DNA from: Candidatus Eiseniibacteriota bacterium
GTDB taxonomy: Bacteria > Eisenbacteria > RBG-16-71-46 > CAIMUX01 > VGJL01
DNA: 64,000 nucleotides
Direction of reading: 5' to 3'
NCBI GenBank assembly: GCA_041946735.1
Contig: JBHGAY010000019.1
Coordinates: 49,594 to 113,593, forward strand
Below, piece after piece: positions 1 to 9,615 of the stretch. Below the pieces are notes generated by a model. The model was not told the origin of the DNA and did not search any database. It worked only from the letters and a program-made list of their open reading frames with translations. Within the stretch, counting starts at the first letter, position 1; each line of letters begins with the position of its first letter. The translations under genes were made by a program, and so were the position numbers.

Positions 1-2084
1 CCCGCGTCCGCCATGTGCCGCACGATCTTCGGAGTGACGAAGATCAAGAGCTCGCGGCGGTCCTTCTGCGTCTCGCTCGTCTTGAACAGGTTGCCGAGGA
101 GCGGGATGTCCTTCAGAACCGGGATCCCCTGCTCGAAGACGGTGTCGTTCGTCCGGATCAGCCCGCCGATCACCGCCGTCTGGCCGTCGTCGACCATGAC
201 GCGCGTGTCGGCCTCGGTCGTCGTGAAGACGATCCCGCCCTGCACCGTCGCCTGCGACGAGAGATCGCTCACCTCGGGATGCAGGTCGAGCGTGATCCGC
301 TTCTCGGAGTTGATGTAGGGGGTCACCTCGAGCGTGATCCCGACCTTCTTCAGCTGCGTGATCGGGTTGCCCGCCTCGTCGAGGACGATGAGCGGGATCT
401 CCTTGCCGACCAGGATCCGGGCGAGGCGGTTGTTCACCGTCGTGATGCTCGGGTTCGAGATGATGTTCGCCTTGTTCGTCCGCTCGAGGGCCTGGATCGT
501 CGCGTCGATGTTGCCCCAGTCGCGGACGACGCCGATCTTCATCTCGGCGGCGGCGGAGGTTAGCGGAGTGCTGTGCGTGATCCCGCCCGAGATCCGCTCG
601 GAGTTCGAGTGGAGGTTCTGGATCGACCATTCGATCCCGAACTGGCGCGACGCGGTCGCGTCGACGTCGACCAGCTTCGCCACGATCTCGACCTGGAGCG
701 TCTCGCTGTCGAGCTGGTCGATCGTCTGGCGGATCTGGTCGATCCGCTCCGTGATGTCGGTCACGAGGATCGAGTTCGTCCTCGAGTCGACCTCGGCGCT
801 CCCCCTCTTGCTCAGCAGGAACGAAACCGCCTGGCGCAGTTCGGTCGCGTTCGCGTACTGGATCGGGAAGATCGCCGTGTCGAGCGGCAGGAACTCCTCC
901 TTCTTCCGGTCCGCCGACTGCTGGTCCAGCTCCTCGTTGAGGTAGGTCTCGTGCGTCGTGACGCGGATGACGTCCCCCCGCTCCATCGAGCGCAGTCCCG
1001 CCGCCTCGTTGACGATGTCGAGCGCGCGGCGCCACGGCACCGACACGAGCCGGACGCTGATCGGTCCGGAGATCTCGCGGTCGGGGACGATGTTCACGCC
1101 GCTGAACTCGGAGATCGAGCGCAGGACGGTCCGGATGTCGGCCCCCTGCACGTCCAAGTTCATCGGCTTGCCGCCGCCGGCCGGGTTGGTGACGCTCGAT
1201 GCGGGCGGCTCCTCGCGGACCGCGGGGAATCCTTCCGTGCGCTGGGCGAGCTGCGGGAGGCCGGGACCCGGCTCTCCCGTTCGCTTCGCGGGCGGCGGAA
1301 CGGCTTCGGCGAGCTGCGAGTCGCGCGCCGTCTTCGGCGCGACCTCCCGCCATCCGAAGGGCCGTTGCTTCCCGTGCTGGACGAACTGCGCGAGACGGCC
1401 GGGCGCTCCGGCCGAGCCGGCGACCACGCGAGCGGCGGGGGCGGACTTCGCCGCGCCGCTCTTGGCCACGGTCGGATCGGCGGCGCCGAGCGGAGGCGCG
1501 GCGTCCAGGGGTGGCCGGCTTGCCGCCGCCCGCGGCGCGCCCGTGGCCGTCACATCCGCCGTCGCTCCCGCCTGGTTCTCCGAGAAGTCAGGCGGCGTCC
1601 AAGTCCCGTCGGGCGGGGCCGTCGCGGCGGACGCCCGCGTTGCGCTCGCCGGGGTGGCCGGCAGATCCGATTCGCGGACGCAGAGGCGCAGATGCTCGCC
1701 GTCGGCCATCACGCTGTACTGCGCGCGGCCCTTCGTCTCGAGCACGTAGCGCCACGCGGGACGGGAGGGATCTTCCTCCCAGCGGGACGAGCGCATCGCG
1801 ACGAGCCATCCGGCGGCGTCCTGCCCTGCGATCTCCGGCTTGCCGGTGACCGAGGCCTCGAGCACGTCGAGGACGATGCGATCCGGTCCGGTGAGCTGGA
1901 AGACCTCGTAGCGGATCGTCCCGTTCGCCGTGAGATCGAGGGTCGCCTGCCCGGCTCCCTTCTCGAGCCGGACCTGCTCGAGCGAGTATCCCGCCCAGAC
2001 GGGCGAAGCGACCGCCGCCGCGAGGATCGCGGCGAGGAAGATCCGCCCGAGGAGGCTATCGGTTCCGCGAACGTGCATGGTCAT
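1..2084 (-). CDS. pilQ: Type IV pilus secretin PilQ with N-terminal AMIN-like domain (3' end runs off the window)
   Basis: Absent from the ORF track because there is no stop in the window. Manual translation from ATG 2084 gives MTMHVRGTDSLLGRIFLAAILAAAVASPVWA (signal peptide), then FQLTGPDRIVLDV (AMIN-like) and the secretin C-terminus GIPVLKDIPLLGNLFK...RRELLIFVTPKIV. Follows pilMNOP. Confidence 0.93.
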   Translation of the reverse strand, partial: MTMHVRGTDSLLGRIFLAAILAAAVASPVWAGYSLEQVRLEKGAGQATLDLTANGTIRYEVFQLTGPDRIVLDVLEASVTGKPEIAGQDAAGWLVAMRSSRWEEDPSRPAWRYVLETKGRAQYSVMADGEHLRLCVRESDLPATPASATRASAATAPPDGTWTPPDFSENQAGATADVTATGAPRAAASRPPLDAAPPLGAADPTVAKSGAAKSAPAARVVAGSAGAPGRLAQFVQHGKQRPFGWREVAPKTARDSQLAEAVPPPAKRTGEPGPGLPQLAQRTEGFPAVREEPPASSVTNPAGGGKPMNLDVQGADIRTVLRSISEFSGVNIVPDREISGPISVRLVSVPWRRALDIVNEAAGLRSMERGDVIRVTTHETYLNEELDQQSADRKKEEFLPLDTAIFPIQYANATELRQAVSFLLSKRGSAEVDSRTNSILVTDITERIDQIRQTIDQLDSETLQVEIVAKLVDVDATASRQFGIEWSIQNLHSNSERISGGITHSTPLTSAAAEMKIGVVRDWGNIDATIQALERTNKANIISNPSITTVNNRLARILVGKEIPLIVLDEAGNPITQLKKVGITLEVTPYINSEKRITLDLHPEVSDLSSQATVQGGIVFTTTEADTRVMVDDGQTAVIGGLIRTNDTVFEQGIPVLKDIPLLGNLFKTSETQKDRRELLIFVTPKIVRHMADA

Positions 2085-2742
2085 CCCCCCTCTGCTCCAG
2101 CGGCAGCGAGACGTTGCGCGAGGTGCCGTATTCGGTCACGTGGATCACCACCCGGTTCGGAAGGATCTCGATCACGGTTCCGTCCCCGACCGGATCCCCT
2201 TCCCGGAGGATCATGCTCTTCTCGTCGTCGGTCTCGATCAGCGCGAAGCGGTCCTTTTCGGCCCAAAGGATTCCGACGACGTGCAGCTGCGAGCTGACCG
2301 GAGCCGACGGGGGGTTGTCCTCCCGGTACTGCTCCGATACGAGGCTCACGAAGATGTCGCGGCGTCCGAGCCCCTGGTAGTAGTACGGCTCGGGCGAGAG
2401 GAGCAGGCCGTCCAGCTCCGCGTCGAACGGGATCGTCTCGTCGGTGGACGGCGCGGCGGGCGCGTCCGCCGAGACCCCCGTCGAGGGCGCCGGCGAACCG
2501 GTCTGCCCGACCTGCCCTGCCGCGGGCCTGCCGGTCTGCGCCGGGACGGGCGTCTCCGGCGCGCCACCCGGCTCCGCGGCGGGCGCCGGAATCTCCGCGA
2601 CCTTGTTGGCGGCCGCGCGCAAGGCGTCGCCCGGCGTCCCCTCCCCGCTTCCGGCCGCCGTCACGGCGCACGGAAGCGCGAGGAGCGCCGCGGCGCAGAG
2701 GAGCGCGAGCCCGCCGATTCCACGGTTCGACTCACTCCCCAT
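2056..2742 (-). CDS. pilP: PilP-like pilus assembly protein
   Basis: Signal peptide, Ala/Pro linker, YYYQGLGRRDIF and LHVVGILW..ALIE..ILREGDPVGDG beta domain; lies between pilO and pilQ. Confidence 0.75.
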   Translation of the reverse strand: MGSESNRGIGGLALLCAAALLALPCAVTAAGSGEGTPGDALRAAANKVAEIPAPAAEPGGAPETPVPAQTGRPAAGQVGQTGSPAPSTGVSADAPAAPSTDETIPFDAELDGLLLSPEPYYYQGLGRRDIFVSLVSEQYREDNPPSAPVSSQLHVVGILWAEKDRFALIETDDEKSMILREGDPVGDGTVIEILPNRVVIHVTEYGTSRNVSLPLEQRGDDHARSRNR

Positions 2743-3463
2743 GATCCGTCCCTCCCGTCTGCTTCTTCGCGAGCTTCTTCGTCAGGTCCTTCGCCTTGCC
2801 GACCGCCTGCGCGGCCGTCCCGCCTTTCGCCCCCTTGCCCGCCTTGCCGTCCTTCCCCGCCGCGAGCGCGTCGCTCTCCTGTTCCGGCGGCACGCCGGTC
2901 CCGCCGAGCGTGTAGGTCTTGGCGATGAACGAGGCCTTCGCCGGCGGGCCGTCCGGGCTGCGCGTGTCCTCGAGAGTCAAGCCGCTCACGACCAGGATCC
3001 GCTCGAGGTTCGCGATCTCCCCGAGGAAGGTCCCGATCTCGTGGTAGCCCCCCTCCACCTGCACCTCGACCGGATGCTCCGTGTAGTACTGCGCCGCCTG
3101 CTCCGGGAGCGGACGGAAGAGGACGAAGTCGATCCCCGACTGGTCCCCCAGCAACGTCACCGCGCGCAGCAGGGAGGCCATCTCCTGCTCGTCGGGCAGG
3201 AGCGCCTCCGCGGAGAGCCACTTGCGGTGCAGCAGCTCGTACTCCTGCTCGAGGTAGGCCATGGAGTGGACCGTCTGGCGCGCCTTCGTGAGATCGCTCG
3301 AGAGCTGTGTGTAGCGCCCGTTCAGCTCGCCGATCTGCGCGGCGCTCGCCTTGTAGGTGAACGGGAAGAGGCTCGTCAGGAAGTAGACGTAGAGGACGGC
3401 GAGACCGAGGATCGTCGCCAGGGCCGCCTTCTGCGTCTTCGGATCGTTGAGCTGGATCGCCAT
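2732..3463 (-). CDS. pilO: Type IV pilus assembly protein PilO
   Basis: N-terminal TM helix, coiled coil, LLPDEQEMASLL and VEGGYHEIGTFLGEIANLERI motifs. Confidence 0.9.
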   Translation of the reverse strand: MAIQLNDPKTQKAALATILGLAVLYVYFLTSLFPFTYKASAAQIGELNGRYTQLSSDLTKARQTVHSMAYLEQEYELLHRKWLSAEALLPDEQEMASLLRAVTLLGDQSGIDFVLFRPLPEQAAQYYTEHPVEVQVEGGYHEIGTFLGEIANLERILVVSGLTLEDTRSPDGPPAKASFIAKTYTLGGTGVPPEQESDALAAGKDGKAGKGAKGGTAAQAVGKAKDLTKKLAKKQTGGTDHGE

Positions 3464-3484
3464 CGTGTTCTTCCTCCCGCCCGG

Positions 3485-4048
3485 CTACGGCTTCACCCGC
3501 GTGGACAGGGTGAACTGGACGACCTCGACGTCTCCGAGCTTCTCCCGCTCGGCCACCATCAGCGAGACGTTCTCGAAGATGTCCGCCTCCTCCATGCGCA
3601 TCATCAGCTCGGCGACCAGGAGGTTGGAGAACGTCCTGCCTTCCAGCTCGAGCTGCCCCATCGTCGTGTTGCGGTAGTTCGTGAACCACAGGTAGTCGGG
3701 GGTGCAATCGGCCAGCTCGTCCATCACCTGGACCGGCAGGTAGCGGTCGCGCGAGAGCGACTGCACCGTGATGAGCCGCTCGTTCACCTGGTCGCGCTCC
3801 GTCATCAGCTGCTGGATCTTCTGGATCTGCGGCTGGAGCCGGCGCGACTCCGCCTCCGCCCTCGCGATGTCCGACTTCAGGCTCGCGATCTTCATCTGCT
3901 GCATCGCGCCGATGCCGGCGAGCGGAAGGAGGACGGCGATCGAGAGCGCGAGCGGGAGCCAGAAGCCGCGCTTGGGGAGACTCAGGGAGAGGCCGGGGCG
4001 CGAAGCCTCCTGCCTCTCCTCCACCGGGAGCAGGTTGACGCGGATCAC
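3485..4048 (-). CDS. pilN: Type IV pilus assembly protein PilN
   Basis: N-terminal IRVNLLP PilM-binding motif, TM helix, coiled coil. Confidence 0.92.
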   Translation of the reverse strand: MIRVNLLPVEERQEASRPGLSLSLPKRGFWLPLALSIAVLLPLAGIGAMQQMKIASLKSDIARAEAESRRLQPQIQKIQQLMTERDQVNERLITVQSLSRDRYLPVQVMDELADCTPDYLWFTNYRNTTMGQLELEGRTFSNLLVAELMMRMEEADIFENVSLMVAEREKLGDVEVVQFTLSTRVKP

Positions 4049-5094
4049 CGCTGCCTCGCCTTCCGCAGCGCGAGCCCGATCCCCACCGTGAGCTGCGGGG
4101 CGACCGCGCGCGCTTCATCGGAGCCGAACAGCTCCGGCGCGTAGGTGATCTTGCGAAGCGGGTCGACGAGATCGACCGGGACCTTCTGCCGCTCCGCGAG
4201 CGCTTGCGCGAGGCCTTGCAGCCGCGCGCCGCCGCCGGAGAGCAGGATCCGGTCGATCCTCTCCGCCTCGCCGCTGGAGCGCAGCGTCGCGAGGCTCCGC
4301 TCGATTCCCATGCCGAGCTCGTCGCCGAAGGAGCGCACGATCGGCTCGAGGTCGAACGGCGCGCTCGATCCCTCGTACGTCCGGCACGCGTGGACCGCCT
4401 CTTCGCGGCTCACCTGATAGCGCTTCTGGACCGTCTCGAGGAAGCTGTCGCCGCCGACCGAGAGATCCTGCGTGTAGAGCGGGACGCCGCCGCGGACGAT
4501 GTTGACGTTCGTCAGCTCGGCGCCGATGTTCACCAGCGCGACGATCTCCTCGCGGACGAAATCGTAGTTGCGCTCCGCGGCGTTCTGGACCGCGAAGGAG
4601 TTGATGTCGATCACCGACGGGATCAGTCCCGCTTCGCGGATCAGGTCCGCCTGCATCGAGACCAGATCCTTCTTCGCAGCGACCAGGAGCACCTGCATCT
4701 GCTTGGGTCCGACATCGAGGTCGAGGATCTCGAAGTCGAGGGAGACGTCGTGGACGTCGTACGGGACGTGCTGCTCGGCTTCCCAATGGATCGCCTCGCG
4801 CGCGTCCTTCGGGTCGAGACGATCCATCGTGATCTTCTTGACGATCACGCCGCGTCCCGCGATCCCGGTCGTCACACGCTTCTGCCGGATTCCCGCCTTC
4901 TCGAAGAGGTTCTGGATCGCCTCGATGACGAGTTGGCGATCCATGATCTCCCCGTCGACGATCGCCTCCGGGACGAGGTCGACGACGCCGTAGTGCACGA
5001 GCCGCGTCGTCTCACCGCGCGTCTCCAGCTCGACGGCTTTGATGGTGCTGGAACCGATGTCGAGACCCACCGTCGTCTTGCCTTTGCCGAACAC
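4045..5094 (-). CDS. pilM: Type IV pilus assembly protein PilM (actin-like)
   Basis: VGLDIGSSTIKAVEL, EAEQHVPY, ILLSGGGARL, VGIGLALR; GTG start after GGAGG. Confidence 0.95.
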   Translation of the reverse strand: MFGKGKTTVGLDIGSSTIKAVELETRGETTRLVHYGVVDLVPEAIVDGEIMDRQLVIEAIQNLFEKAGIRQKRVTTGIAGRGVIVKKITMDRLDPKDAREAIHWEAEQHVPYDVHDVSLDFEILDLDVGPKQMQVLLVAAKKDLVSMQADLIREAGLIPSVIDINSFAVQNAAERNYDFVREEIVALVNIGAELTNVNIVRGGVPLYTQDLSVGGDSFLETVQKRYQVSREEAVHACRTYEGSSAPFDLEPIVRSFGDELGMGIERSLATLRSSGEAERIDRILLSGGGARLQGLAQALAERQKVPVDLVDPLRKITYAPELFGSDEARAVAPQLTVGIGLALRKARQR

Positions 5095-5197
5095 TCCAGA
5101 CCTCCGGCTTCGTGTAGGAAAGCGGACGCGTGGGCTGGTTTCCCCAACGGGGAAGACCCTGCCGCAATCCCTATATCGGTCGAGCGGGCTGGGATGT

Positions 5198-6010
5198 TTA
5201 CCGACTTCCCGGGGTGAACGGCGCGAAGAGGCCCAGGTACCAGGTGAGCGCTCGGGAGCCGGCGAGAAGCACGACCGCCGCGGCCGGGGCCAGGAACGTT
5301 CCGTACGGAAGCGCGGTCCGGCCGTCCGCCCGCCGGGCGAAAAGCAATGCGATTGCGAAGAGCGAGCCGAGGAGCGAGCCGAGGAAGATCGCCATCAGCA
5401 CGCCCTTCCAGCCCAGGAAGGCGCCGAGCATCCCGGCGAGCTTCACGTCCCCCATCCCCATTCCGGCGGCGCCACGGATCGCCCGGTAGGCCGCGGCGAC
5501 GGCCAGGAGGGCGCCCGCGCCGGCGGCGACGCCGATCGCGCCGTCGAGGCGAGAGACCCCCATCCAGGGGCAGAGCAGCAGGCCGGCGGCGACGCCGGGC
5601 AGGCTGATCTCGTCGGGGATGATCCGATGATCGAGATCGATCCAGGTGATGACGAGGAGCGCGAGCAGAAACGCGGCGCGGATCGCCGCCTCGGCCGGTC
5701 CCGGCGCGCTCGCCGCGGCGACGAGGACGGCCACCGCCCCGGCGATCTCCACGGCGGGATAGCGAAGCGGGATCGGCGCCCTGCAGCGGCGGCAGCGCCC
5801 GCGAAGGAGCAGGTAGCTCGCGACCGGGACGTTGTCGTAGGGGGCGATTCGGCTCTCGCAGCGCGGACAGCGCGACCGCGGGCGCACGAGCGAGAGGCCG
5901 AGCGGGAGCCGGTGGATCACGACGTTCGCGAAGCTGCCGAGGCAGAGGCCCAGGATCGCGAGCAGCGGCCAGACGCCCGGCAGGCCGTCGGTCCAGTGCG
6001 GGGCGCTCAT
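5198..6010 (-). CDS. pilD: Prepilin peptidase/N-methyltransferase
   Basis: GSFANVVIHRLP, RSRCPRC...GRCRRC zinc motif, IDLDHRIIPD, GMGMGDVKL, LPYGTFL. Confidence 0.95.
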   Translation of the reverse strand: MSAPHWTDGLPGVWPLLAILGLCLGSFANVVIHRLPLGLSLVRPRSRCPRCESRIAPYDNVPVASYLLLRGRCRRCRAPIPLRYPAVEIAGAVAVLVAAASAPGPAEAAIRAAFLLALLVITWIDLDHRIIPDEISLPGVAAGLLLCPWMGVSRLDGAIGVAAGAGALLAVAAAYRAIRGAAGMGMGDVKLAGMLGAFLGWKGVLMAIFLGSLLGSLFAIALLFARRADGRTALPYGTFLAPAAAVVLLAGSRALTWYLGLFAPFTPGSR

Positions 6011-6816
6011 CGCGCCTCGCGCACGGGCCGCGCCTCGCGGGCAGGTCGCGCGTCGCCCGCAGGCAGCGCCTCGCGCGCAGGTCGCGCGCCGCCCGCGGCT
6101 CCGGCCGCCGGCTCCGGGCCCGCCTCTTCCAGCTCCTGGAGACGGCGCCGCGCCACCTCGCGGAGGCTCTCGTCCTCACCCACGGCGATCTCCTGCCAGA
6201 GGCGGACGGCCAGCTCGCGGCGGCCGACCTTCGCGAACGCGTGGGCCGCCATCCGTGCGGCATAAGGGGCGGCGCCGGGACGGCGCGAGGCGCGCTCCAT
6301 CTCGATCGCGCCGGTCTCGAGATCGCCCCGCAGGTACTCGAGGAAGCCGTGATGGAACGGGATCTGCCAGTCGAGCGGATTCTCGCGGGCTCCGCGCGCG
6401 AAGAGAGCGCGCGCCGCCGGCAGGCTCGCCGCGTCGTCGCCGAGCACGAGGCCGCCGAAGATGTAGGCGTTGCGGAAGCGCGGATCGAGGTCGGTCGTGA
6501 CGCGGAAGAGGTGCTCGGCAAGCGGGTAGCGGCGATCTCCCAGCCGGTGGCGACCGTAGTACTGGATCGACTCGAGCCACGCGAGATCCGCGGCGAGCGT
6601 GCGATGGCCGAGCGAGAGGATTCCGAGGAGCCGGCCCGACGGGAAGAGCGCCATCTCCTCGCTCGCGCCGGCGGCGGCGCAAGCGCGCGATCGAGCGGCA
6701 TCGAGGCGAGGCGCGAGGAGTCCCGCGGCCGCGACGGCGAGGATGCCGAGCACGAGCGCGGGAAGCGGCGCGTGAAAGCCCCGCAGCAGACCTCGTGCGC
6801 TTCGGCGCACCTTCAT
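6007..6816 (-). CDS. Membrane-anchored TPR protein (Myxococcus PilG-like by position and character)
   Basis: ATG 6816 overlaps the upstream stop (ATGA). TM helix, ADLAWLESIQYYG and TDLDPRF TPR-like helices; follows the pilus-linked ABC pair. Confidence 0.6.
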   Translation of the reverse strand: MKVRRSARGLLRGFHAPLPALVLGILAVAAAGLLAPRLDAARSRACAAAGASEEMALFPSGRLLGILSLGHRTLAADLAWLESIQYYGRHRLGDRRYPLAEHLFRVTTDLDPRFRNAYIFGGLVLGDDAASLPAARALFARGARENPLDWQIPFHHGFLEYLRGDLETGAIEMERASRRPGAAPYAARMAAHAFAKVGRRELAVRLWQEIAVGEDESLREVARRRLQELEEAGPEPAAGAAGGARPAREALPAGDARPAREARPVREAR

Positions 6817-7616
6817 CCGACCAGCGAGCGGCGCGCGAACGCCACGCGCGCGAGGAGCAGCGCGCCCGTGGCGTAGAGCGCAGCGTAGCAGACCGAGAAG
6901 AGCCACTGCTCCGGCGCGATCCGGCCGCCGTGCACGACGGCCGGCGCCGCCTGGAAGAGATCGAAGCGCGGGACGATCCAGAGAAGCGCGCGGGAGAGCG
7001 CGCCGGCGCCCCCCTGCGGGAAGAGTTGGCCGAGCTGCGTCAGGCTGCCGGCTGCGTTACCGATCAGGAACGCGCCGGCGACGAACAGCCCGGCCAGGAT
7101 CGGGGAGGCGAGCGCGGCGAAGAGGATCGCCAGGGCCGCGAGCACCCAGAGCTCGAGCAGGACGAGGGCGATCGCGCCGGCGAAGACGGCGCCCACCTCA
7201 TAACCGGAGAGAACGAGGACCAGGAACAGGACGATTCCCATCCCGGCGACGGCGCCGGCGAGGACGGCGGCCAGGCCGAGGAACTTGCCCGTCACGAACG
7301 ATCCGCGCCCGAGCGGGCGGCTGAAGAGAAACGCCGCCGATCCGCGCTCCAGCTCGCGGTAGACGAGGGAATGTCCGACGAAGACGATCAGGAGCAGCCC
7401 GAAGAGCGAGAGTCCGGCGAGGCCGATGTCGATCGTGACGCGGCGTCCCTCGCCGAGCGCGAGGGGCGCCAGGACGCGCGAGGCGGCGCAGGCGAAGAGC
7501 GCGAAGCCGGCGAGCAGGTAGAGGACCTTCTCGCGGACCGCCTCGAGGACCGTGTTGCGCGCGATCGCGAGAGTCGCTTCCGGCAGATCGAACGCGAACC
7601 TTCCTTGCGCCGCCAT
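6813..7616 (-). CDS. ABC transporter permease (Myxococcus PilI-like)
   Basis: IARNTVLEAVREK start, about 6 hydrophobic segments, SRPLGRGSFVTGKFLG ABC-2 type motif. Confidence 0.8.
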   Translation of the reverse strand: MAAQGRFAFDLPEATLAIARNTVLEAVREKVLYLLAGFALFACAASRVLAPLALGEGRRVTIDIGLAGLSLFGLLLIVFVGHSLVYRELERGSAAFLFSRPLGRGSFVTGKFLGLAAVLAGAVAGMGIVLFLVLVLSGYEVGAVFAGAIALVLLELWVLAALAILFAALASPILAGLFVAGAFLIGNAAGSLTQLGQLFPQGGAGALSRALLWIVPRFDLFQAAPAVVHGGRIAPEQWLFSVCYAALYATGALLLARVAFARRSLVG

Positions 7617-7617
7617 C

Positions 7618-8631
7618 TCAGCTCCCTTCCGCCGCGCCGCGGCTGGCGGCGGCGGCGGCGGCGCCGGCCCGGTCCGTCGCCTCGCGGCTGCCGGCGTCGG
7701 CTTCGCCGCGGCCCGTCCGGTAGGAGTCGACGAACACCTCCTCGAGCCCGCGGCGCCGGCGCAGCACGGAGCGGACCGTCCCGCCGCGCGCGAGGATGCG
7801 CGCGAGGAGAGCGGAGACCGCGAGCTCCTGATCCGCCTCGACGCGGGCCGTCCAGATTCCCGCCCCTTCGCGCAAGACCACGGGAAGCTCGCGCACGAGC
7901 GGGGCGGGATCGACCGGGAGGCGGAAGACGATCTCGGTGCCGGTCTCGCTCCCCTCGAGCAGCTCTTCCGCCGTCCCCTGGAGGGCAATCGCGCCGTCGC
8001 GGAGCATCCCGACCCGGTCGGCGAGCGCCTCGACGTCGGGGAGCATGTGGCTCGCGAGGAGGACGGTGCGCCCCTCGTCGCGCCATCCGCGGATCCAGCC
8101 CTTCACCTCGGAGCGCGCAAGCGGATCGAGGCCGCTCATCGGCTCGTCGAGGATCAACAGCTCCGGCTCGTGCACCGCCGCCTGCGCGATCCCGACCCGC
8201 TGGAGCTGCCCCTTGCTGAGCTTCTTCACGGGACGGTGCGCGAGGGCCGCCAGGCCGAAGCGCTCGAGCGCGCGATCGACCGCGCGCGCGCGATCGGCGA
8301 CGCGCGAGAGGCGGGCGGCGAGATCGAGCAGCTCGCGGACCGAGAGGAACGGGTAGTAGCACGGAGCCTCGGGCAGGTAGCCGAGGCGCGCGCGCCCGCG
8401 CCGGTCGCCGAGCGGCGCGCCGAGGATCGTCCCGCGCCCCGAGTCGGCCCGCACGAGCCCGAGCAGGATACGGAAGGCGGTCGTTTTGCCCGCGCCGTTG
8501 GGGCCGACCAGCGCGTACACCTCTCCCGCGGGGACGGCGAGCGACAACCCGCGGAGCGCGGGCACCGCGGGCCGCAGGATCCCCGGGCGATAGGTCTTGC
8601 GGATCTCCTCGAGGACGATCGCCGGTTCCAA
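7618..8631 (-). CDS. ABC transporter ATP-binding protein (Myxococcus PilH-like)
   Basis: Walker A GPNGAGKTT, signature LSKGQ, Walker B LLILDEP; TTG start at 8631 after GGAGGAG. Confidence 0.9.
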   Translation of the reverse strand: MEPAIVLEEIRKTYRPGILRPAVPALRGLSLAVPAGEVYALVGPNGAGKTTAFRILLGLVRADSGRGTILGAPLGDRRGRARLGYLPEAPCYYPFLSVRELLDLAARLSRVADRARAVDRALERFGLAALAHRPVKKLSKGQLQRVGIAQAAVHEPELLILDEPMSGLDPLARSEVKGWIRGWRDEGRTVLLASHMLPDVEALADRVGMLRDGAIALQGTAEELLEGSETGTEIVFRLPVDPAPLVRELPVVLREGAGIWTARVEADQELAVSALLARILARGGTVRSVLRRRRGLEEVFVDSYRTGRGEADAGSREATDRAGAAAAAASRGAAEGS

Positions 8632-8745
8632 GGCTCCTCCCTGCTTCGATGGCGGCCGCGGGCGAGACGCTCGCGCGGCCGCGGCTCCTCGCTTCTGTGA
8701 TCGGCCCGGGCGGGTTGCGACTTGACGCGGCGAAGGGCGGCGGTG

Positions 8746-8775
8746 GGGCAAGGCAAGGCAAGGCAGGGCAGGGCG
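8746..8775. repeat. Pentanucleotide microsatellite (AGGCA/GGGCA) in the pilA-ABC intergenic region
   Basis: gggca aggca aggca aggca gggca gggcg read directly. Confidence 0.7.
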
Positions 8776-8923
8776 GGACGCGGCGGCATCCGGCGGCGGG
8801 ACGCGACGCAACCTATACGACGAACCGGCCGTCATTCGACGGCCGGCCCGGGGTCCGAACGGCGGCCGGGGCAGGCGCAGGACCTCGCGGGACCCTGCAC
8901 TCCCGCCCCGACCCGACGGTTCG

Positions 8924-9316
8924 TTAGTTGGTCGTGTTGCTCAAGGTCAGGATCGGCGTCCCTTCCTTGCCGTTGGCCGTGATCACGTAGCTCGTGAAGT
9001 CAGCGGAAGGCGTCCAGTAGACGACGCCCACGTCGGCGCCGGCCGCGCCGTCGGCGAACGGATCGCCGCCGCCGAACGGGTTGGTGTACTCGAGGTTCAG
9101 GACGGCCGCCACGGTGGCCGGGTAGACGCCGTTCGCCTTGACGCCCTCGTCCTCGCCGTAGAGCTGGCACGCGTGGGCGTTGCCCTTGACGCTTCCCTCG
9201 CGGGCGCGGTCCTGCATGCTGACGTAGTTCGGGATGGCGATCGCCGCGAGGATGCCGATGATCACCACCACGATCATCAGCTCGATCAGGGTGAAGCCTT
9301 GCTTGTTCCGCAACAT
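8924..9316 (-). CDS. pilA: Type IVa major pilin (130 aa precursor)
   Basis: MLRNKQG|FTLIELMIVVVIIGILAAIAIPNY class III signal with E5; GGAGG RBS; immediately downstream of pilSR. Confidence 0.95.
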   Translation of the reverse strand: MLRNKQGFTLIELMIVVVIIGILAAIAIPNYVSMQDRAREGSVKGNAHACQLYGEDEGVKANGVYPATVAAVLNLEYTNPFGGGDPFADGAAGADVGVVYWTPSADFTSYVITANGKEGTPILTLSNTTN

Positions 9317-9441
9317 GTCACACCTCCGTTGCCGACCAGGTCTCTCTCTCCAGTCGCCCCGATCGAGTCCGGGGCCGGACCGGCTTGGGGTCCGGTCCAC
9401 CGGGCCTGCGGCGACTTCGCCGTTGCCGTCTCCAACCATTG

Positions 9442-9456
9442 GCCAGGGTCGTGCCA
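9442..9456 (-). promoter_or_regulatory. Sigma-54 (-24/-12) promoter of pilA
   Basis: Minus strand TGGCACGACCCTGGC is GG-N10-GC with the TGGCACG consensus; PilR activator gene is adjacent. Confidence 0.75.
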
Positions 9457-9615
9457 TCGCCACGTCGCATCGCAACGCGATGGCAGCGCGGCGCTTGCGG
9501 CCGGCGTGCCGCGCGCCCGGCCGCCACGCCTCGTCGTCCTGCATGTTTGGGGTTTGCAGTTCGCAATCCGTCCGACGCCGCGCAACGAGAGCGCGGCGAG
9601 GCGACGCCGGGCTCC

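Noticed and set aside
8924..9316. PilA as an electrically conductive e-pilin
   Set aside because: The mature pilin has 11 F/Y/W in 123 aa (about 9%), which is borderline. It lacks aromatics at positions 27 and 50/51 and is not a short Geobacter-type pilin, and there are no cytochrome genes nearby.
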